The notes beneath the pieces were generated by a model. It was not told the origin of the DNA and ran no database searches. It saw only the letters and a program-made list of their open reading frames with translations. This document shows, in pieces, positions 60,067 through 64,000 of a stretch of DNA of 64,000 bases. Origin of the DNA: Klebsormidium nitens (Eukaryota; Plantae; Klebsormidiophyceae). Where the stretch lies: positions 1-64,000 of the forward strand of contig DF237376.1 in NCBI GenBank assembly GCA_000708835.1. Direction: 5' to 3'. Position 1 is the first letter of the stretch; each line of letters starts with the position of its first letter. The position numbers and the translations under genes were made by a program.

Positions 60067-62307
60067 AAGGAGGCGTCGCTTTTAATTGATGATTTTGTCT
60101 GTCCCAATGCACATCAGTCTACTCTTGCTCTATTCGCAGGCAGCTAAAAATACCAGCATGTGCCTCTCAAAATCAATTGCGGGGCTCGCTCCACTTGGAA
60201 CTTCTCTCAAAAATCAGACCGTGGAAACGCCAGAGGGGAACTTCTCTGGCAATGGAAACTATTGCATTGCGGAATGAGTGTTGGCAACAAGACTCTTCGC
60301 TTAAGTTGCAGCCGTCTTTGGAGTGAGCGAGCGAGCTTCGACAGTATCTGATTAACCACTGTTTTAAGTTGATCGATCGCCCAAAAAGACAGAGGCAAAG
60401 TGCGAGATGCACTGCGATCGGGCTTGTGGACCATATGCAATAAGCATCGAAGAATGCATTTCTTACTGGATTGATGATCCGAGATCCTCGAGAGCTTTAG
60501 TCATATGCCTGCCTGGAGCTTTTTCAATCAGCGACACGAGGTCGCTGTTGGTTGCTCGCCGTGATCCTTGTGTTGCTCAAGAATAGACTGCCCATTACTC
60601 TTAAGCTTAAGCGCTCGTACTCTACATGAAGACCTTTTGCCTTTGAGCAGTCAGGTTATTGAGTTGTCGGGTCAGAACTTGAGCATGCCGTTTGGTTGCA
60701 CTTTCCAGCGGAAAGGATGAACTTTTCCAGCGTTTGATGGGTTTGATACGGGTGGGGCGCTGAAGCCTTCATGTGCGTCCGGTCCCCCTAGCCTGACCCG
60801 AAGCGATGTCTTGCAATTTTTCTGTCCAGGTCGTTCCAAGGACGACAACTTGAGGTTTGAGGCAATTCGAGATAGCGGTTGCGAGGAGGCCGGTTCAGAC
60901 TGGAAGGATGATCACGCGGAGATTAGGTGTTAAATTCGTGAGGTAGGCAGGACTTCGATAGAAGGCTGGTTGGTAACCTGTTGGACGCGTGGCCGGCTGT
61001 TAATTAGGTCTGATTTGGAGAGCTTGTAGAATACATGTATATTGTGTACATCAACAGCAAATTGCTGAACGCTTGCCCGCATGGTTATATATACGTTCCC
61101 AAGAAGCACACCATGTTAGGTTTTCATGCAGCGAAAGGAAACCAATTGAGAGGGAAGTCGGAAGGATCTAAGGACGATAAGCTGCAAGGCTGCGCTGAAA
61201 TTCTAATCTCTTTGCCGCGCTTCATGCGGTTCTTGGTTTCAGTGATGTCAATGGAGGTCATGGAAGCCTGATTCTGGAAGGGATTGATCCAAACTTGAAA
61301 ATTTGTAGCCATGACGTCTGCTGGTACCACCTTCCTTGACCACGTTCGTTGATGAATCTCATCCTGGCAAGTCTGTGAAGCAGTATTCTTTTCCTGTTTT
61401 TGTGTAAAGGAAGTTTATTTGCATGCAATCAGCCTTGCCGACGGCCGGCCATACCTGATGAGCGTTGTATGTTTTGACATGTGCCTCGAGCTTGTGCAAG
61501 CATAATACGACCGGACTTCCTAGATCCGATCAAATTGTGAGCCGAGCCTTATAAGCCAAGACCTACACGCGTGCAGTACAATTGCAATTTTGTAGGTACC
61601 GGCCACCAGCGATTATGCGCTGTGGTTGACCATGCACATGTTCCGCCAAACCTCTTGCGGCCATATGCTTGAAACTTGCCCGGTTTCAATCTACCATAAA
61701 GTACTCTTACCTGAATATGGCGAGGGCATGGGAACAGCCCGAGTCCATCACGTATACTCAAGCTGCATGTAATTCTTTCGAGCTGATTGCCAAGATGGTA
61801 AGATAGCCGCGTATATCATGCAGGTTTGCTTAATTGGATGATGTCATTGTGGATATATAACTCCAAAGGAGAGCCATTCACAATTCACAGGTTGTAACTG
61901 TGCGTGTTACCTGTGCGGGGACTCGGCGCTAGTGGATAACTCGAACTTACCTCTCGAGCGCCCGCCCCGGCCCGTGAGGCGACAGCTCGATTCCTTGACC
62001 TCGGTCCCATAATTGGATACTAATTCGGCGGTAACAATAGGCGCACTCGAAACATCGCGCATCGACTTGCCTGTATTATGAACGTACGCTTGAATATGTG
62101 GCCGCCTTTCTTGTGACATAGATTTGCGACAGTTCTGGATTGTGCAGCTTTGTGCGGCTTCATTATTCAAAGACGTTTATATTCCGAAGTTCCAAGCTAG
62201 GCAAATGGCAACGGCGTAAAATTTTGCAAGTGCACGACATGGTTGCATCTTGCTGGATTCAAATAAACTGAAGTCACTACCGGCACATCCTCTAGCATCT
62301 GGAGGCT

Positions 62308-63955
62308 CTACTTTTTAAGTGTGAGTTTTGGGCGGGGTATTGCTGTGAGATGGCTGAAGATGAGGCCCGGCTTGGGCCCCTCGCCATCCTTGAGCGTGGC
62401 CTGGAAGATCTCTTGACACCGGGCAATGACCTGCAGAGACGTTACAAGCCGTTCGGTTTTGTAGCGTGCATACAGTACGGGGCTCGCGCGCAAATGCTCT
62501 GACGCGACAATTGCAGCAGGAAAGGCTGAGCCTGCACTTCGCTGAGCCTGCATAAGTATCACTTTGTGCGACTCCTTTCAAGCACCGTACTTATGAGTTG
62601 ATTGAACTTGTCGAGTCGAAGTAGCATTGCTAGACTGAAACTGATCAGCGGAAAGCAAAGGCGACGAAGAAGGACTCACCTCTTTTTTGTCCGCCTTGGC
62701 AATGTCTTCTCGGAAGCCGACGAGCTTCGCAACAACTTCCGGCTGAGAAGAGAGAAGGGAAGCAATCAAAGACGTGTTTGTTTCTCAAGGCGACGTCGTT
62801 GACAAAGGGTGCCCTACACAACCCCAAGTTGAGTACAAGCAGCAACAGTTGCCACCCTCATTCCAGACTGCTGCTCAGATCAACTTCGGCACAGCAATAC
62901 GTAAACTAGTTCACGACCAAAGAACAGCAGGACTCTAACCTCGGCGCTCTATGGAAGCTGTCAGGCACTACGCGTGATTCTACGAACAACCGCTGCAAAC
63001 CCGTTGTCAGCGGATGGAACGAATTTGAAGCGGTGCTCGACAAGACCACGACTATTTAGGAGTGGTTATGTTGGTCAAGAGAACACATTTTGACACCATT
63101 TTGACGCATCTCTGCAACAAAAAGGCGTAGGTCATGATGGAACAAGCGTCAGAAGCTGGCAGGCGGCGGAACAGCTCACGGGGCAGTCGGGGTGGTTCTG
63201 CAGGAGCGTGGTGTAGTTGAGCTCGAACGACTCGGAGCTGTCCGACATGATCAGCTCGCGCAAATCCGCCAGCGGCTGCACGCGCTTCTCCACCTTCTGC
63301 AAGGGGGTTAGGAGTGGGGTTACAGATGGGCTGAGGGTTAGTACTGGCGTTGGATCAGGGTGGAATGGTTGAAGAGCCGAGTGGACTCTGAGCTTTGAAG
63401 TAGGGGTGGGGTTACAACGAGCGTTACAGATCGATCATGGCGTGAAAGGGTCCGGTTTCAGGAGGCAGTATTGGGCTCAGAATCCAGGATCAAGAGGGCG
63501 ACCAGGGGTGGCCCCGTCTAAGCGAAACAGACGCATCCACGTATGCTCCCACAGCACACCTCTATTCGTCGTCAAGCAACCGTTTGGCCCGATCTGGCCC
63601 CTTCATGACTACATTTCATTGGCCTTACCATTCCCGAATTTCAAATCCTCCTTGATCGAGCACGCCCGAATCGTAAAGCCCTAAAACCCTGTAACGACTC
63701 TGTCCGCACATGTTCATGTGCGCCCTCCGTGATCTTGAAACTGAGCAAGGAAGACGGCTATTCGACAGACATTCATGCAAAGCGGAATAAAACTCTCTAG
63801 TTGACATGGTACTGATGCCGCTGACGGGCAATCCTTCGTCACAGCTGTCGAGCGGCCAAGCGCACCTTTTCGTTGACGTGCACCTTGAAGAAGTCGTTGA
63901 TCTGGTACTCGTCCTTGCCCATCCGCTCCAGCGTCGCCTCCTTCACGTAGTTCTT
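62308..63955 (-). CDS. SEC6: Exocyst complex component SEC6 (EXOC3), last four exons; the gene continues beyond the window
   Basis: Exons (minus): 63955-63866 (KNYVKEATLERM), 63296-63180 (LADLREL...NHPDCP), 62742-62680 (PEVVAKLVGFREDIAKADKKE), 62430-62308 (VIARCQEIFQATLKDGEGPKPGLIF). All are phase 0 and match the plant SEC6 C-terminus as I recall it. Confidence 0.9.
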
Positions 63956-64000
63956 CTGCGCGACGCGGGTCGGGTGTTCTCTTCGTCAGTGACGAGTAAG

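Noticed and set aside
60400-62300. Possible gene between the Em pseudogene and the SEC6 3' end
   Set aside because: Only short ORFs, with no motifs or consistent splice chain.
63301-63420. Repeated GGGTTA as interstitial telomeric repeats
   Set aside because: The copies are non-contiguous. On the coding (minus) strand they read (C/G)TAACCC, branch-point-like motifs in the pyrimidine-rich 3' end of a SEC6 intron.

Overview
Eukaryotic, intron-rich genomic DNA with GC-rich exons, GT-AG introns and CTRAC-type branch points. The gene content is plant-like, most consistent with a streptophyte alga such as Klebsormidium (inference). I reconstructed these spliced genes by hand, with phase-consistent exons: mRNA capping enzyme (+, 280-10070); a single PQ-loop, 3-TM SemiSWEET-like protein (-, 10814-12917); an F-box/LRR protein (+); a tandem-domain Em/LEA1 protein (+); prefoldin 4 (-); an OCT7/SVOP-like MFS transporter (+); a Cache-HAMP hybrid histidine kinase with two receiver domains (+, 33353-45248); and the 3' end of exocyst SEC6 (-). 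The stretch 46-60 kb is largely decayed. It holds an ARM-like/MYND pseudogene, two tRNA-like relics, a C10-frameshifted orphan gene, a degraded Em paralog and a palindromic dispersed repeat. The most striking pattern is ladders of progressively decayed copies of 'branch point + acceptor + exon head' lying upstream of the real exon inside introns of three unrelated genes, plus one exon-tail + donor copy. Also notable are a 10x GTAC cluster upstream of the kinase and a tiny retroposon 3' end flanked by a 13-bp TSD. All calls are from reading the sequence; no database searches were run.
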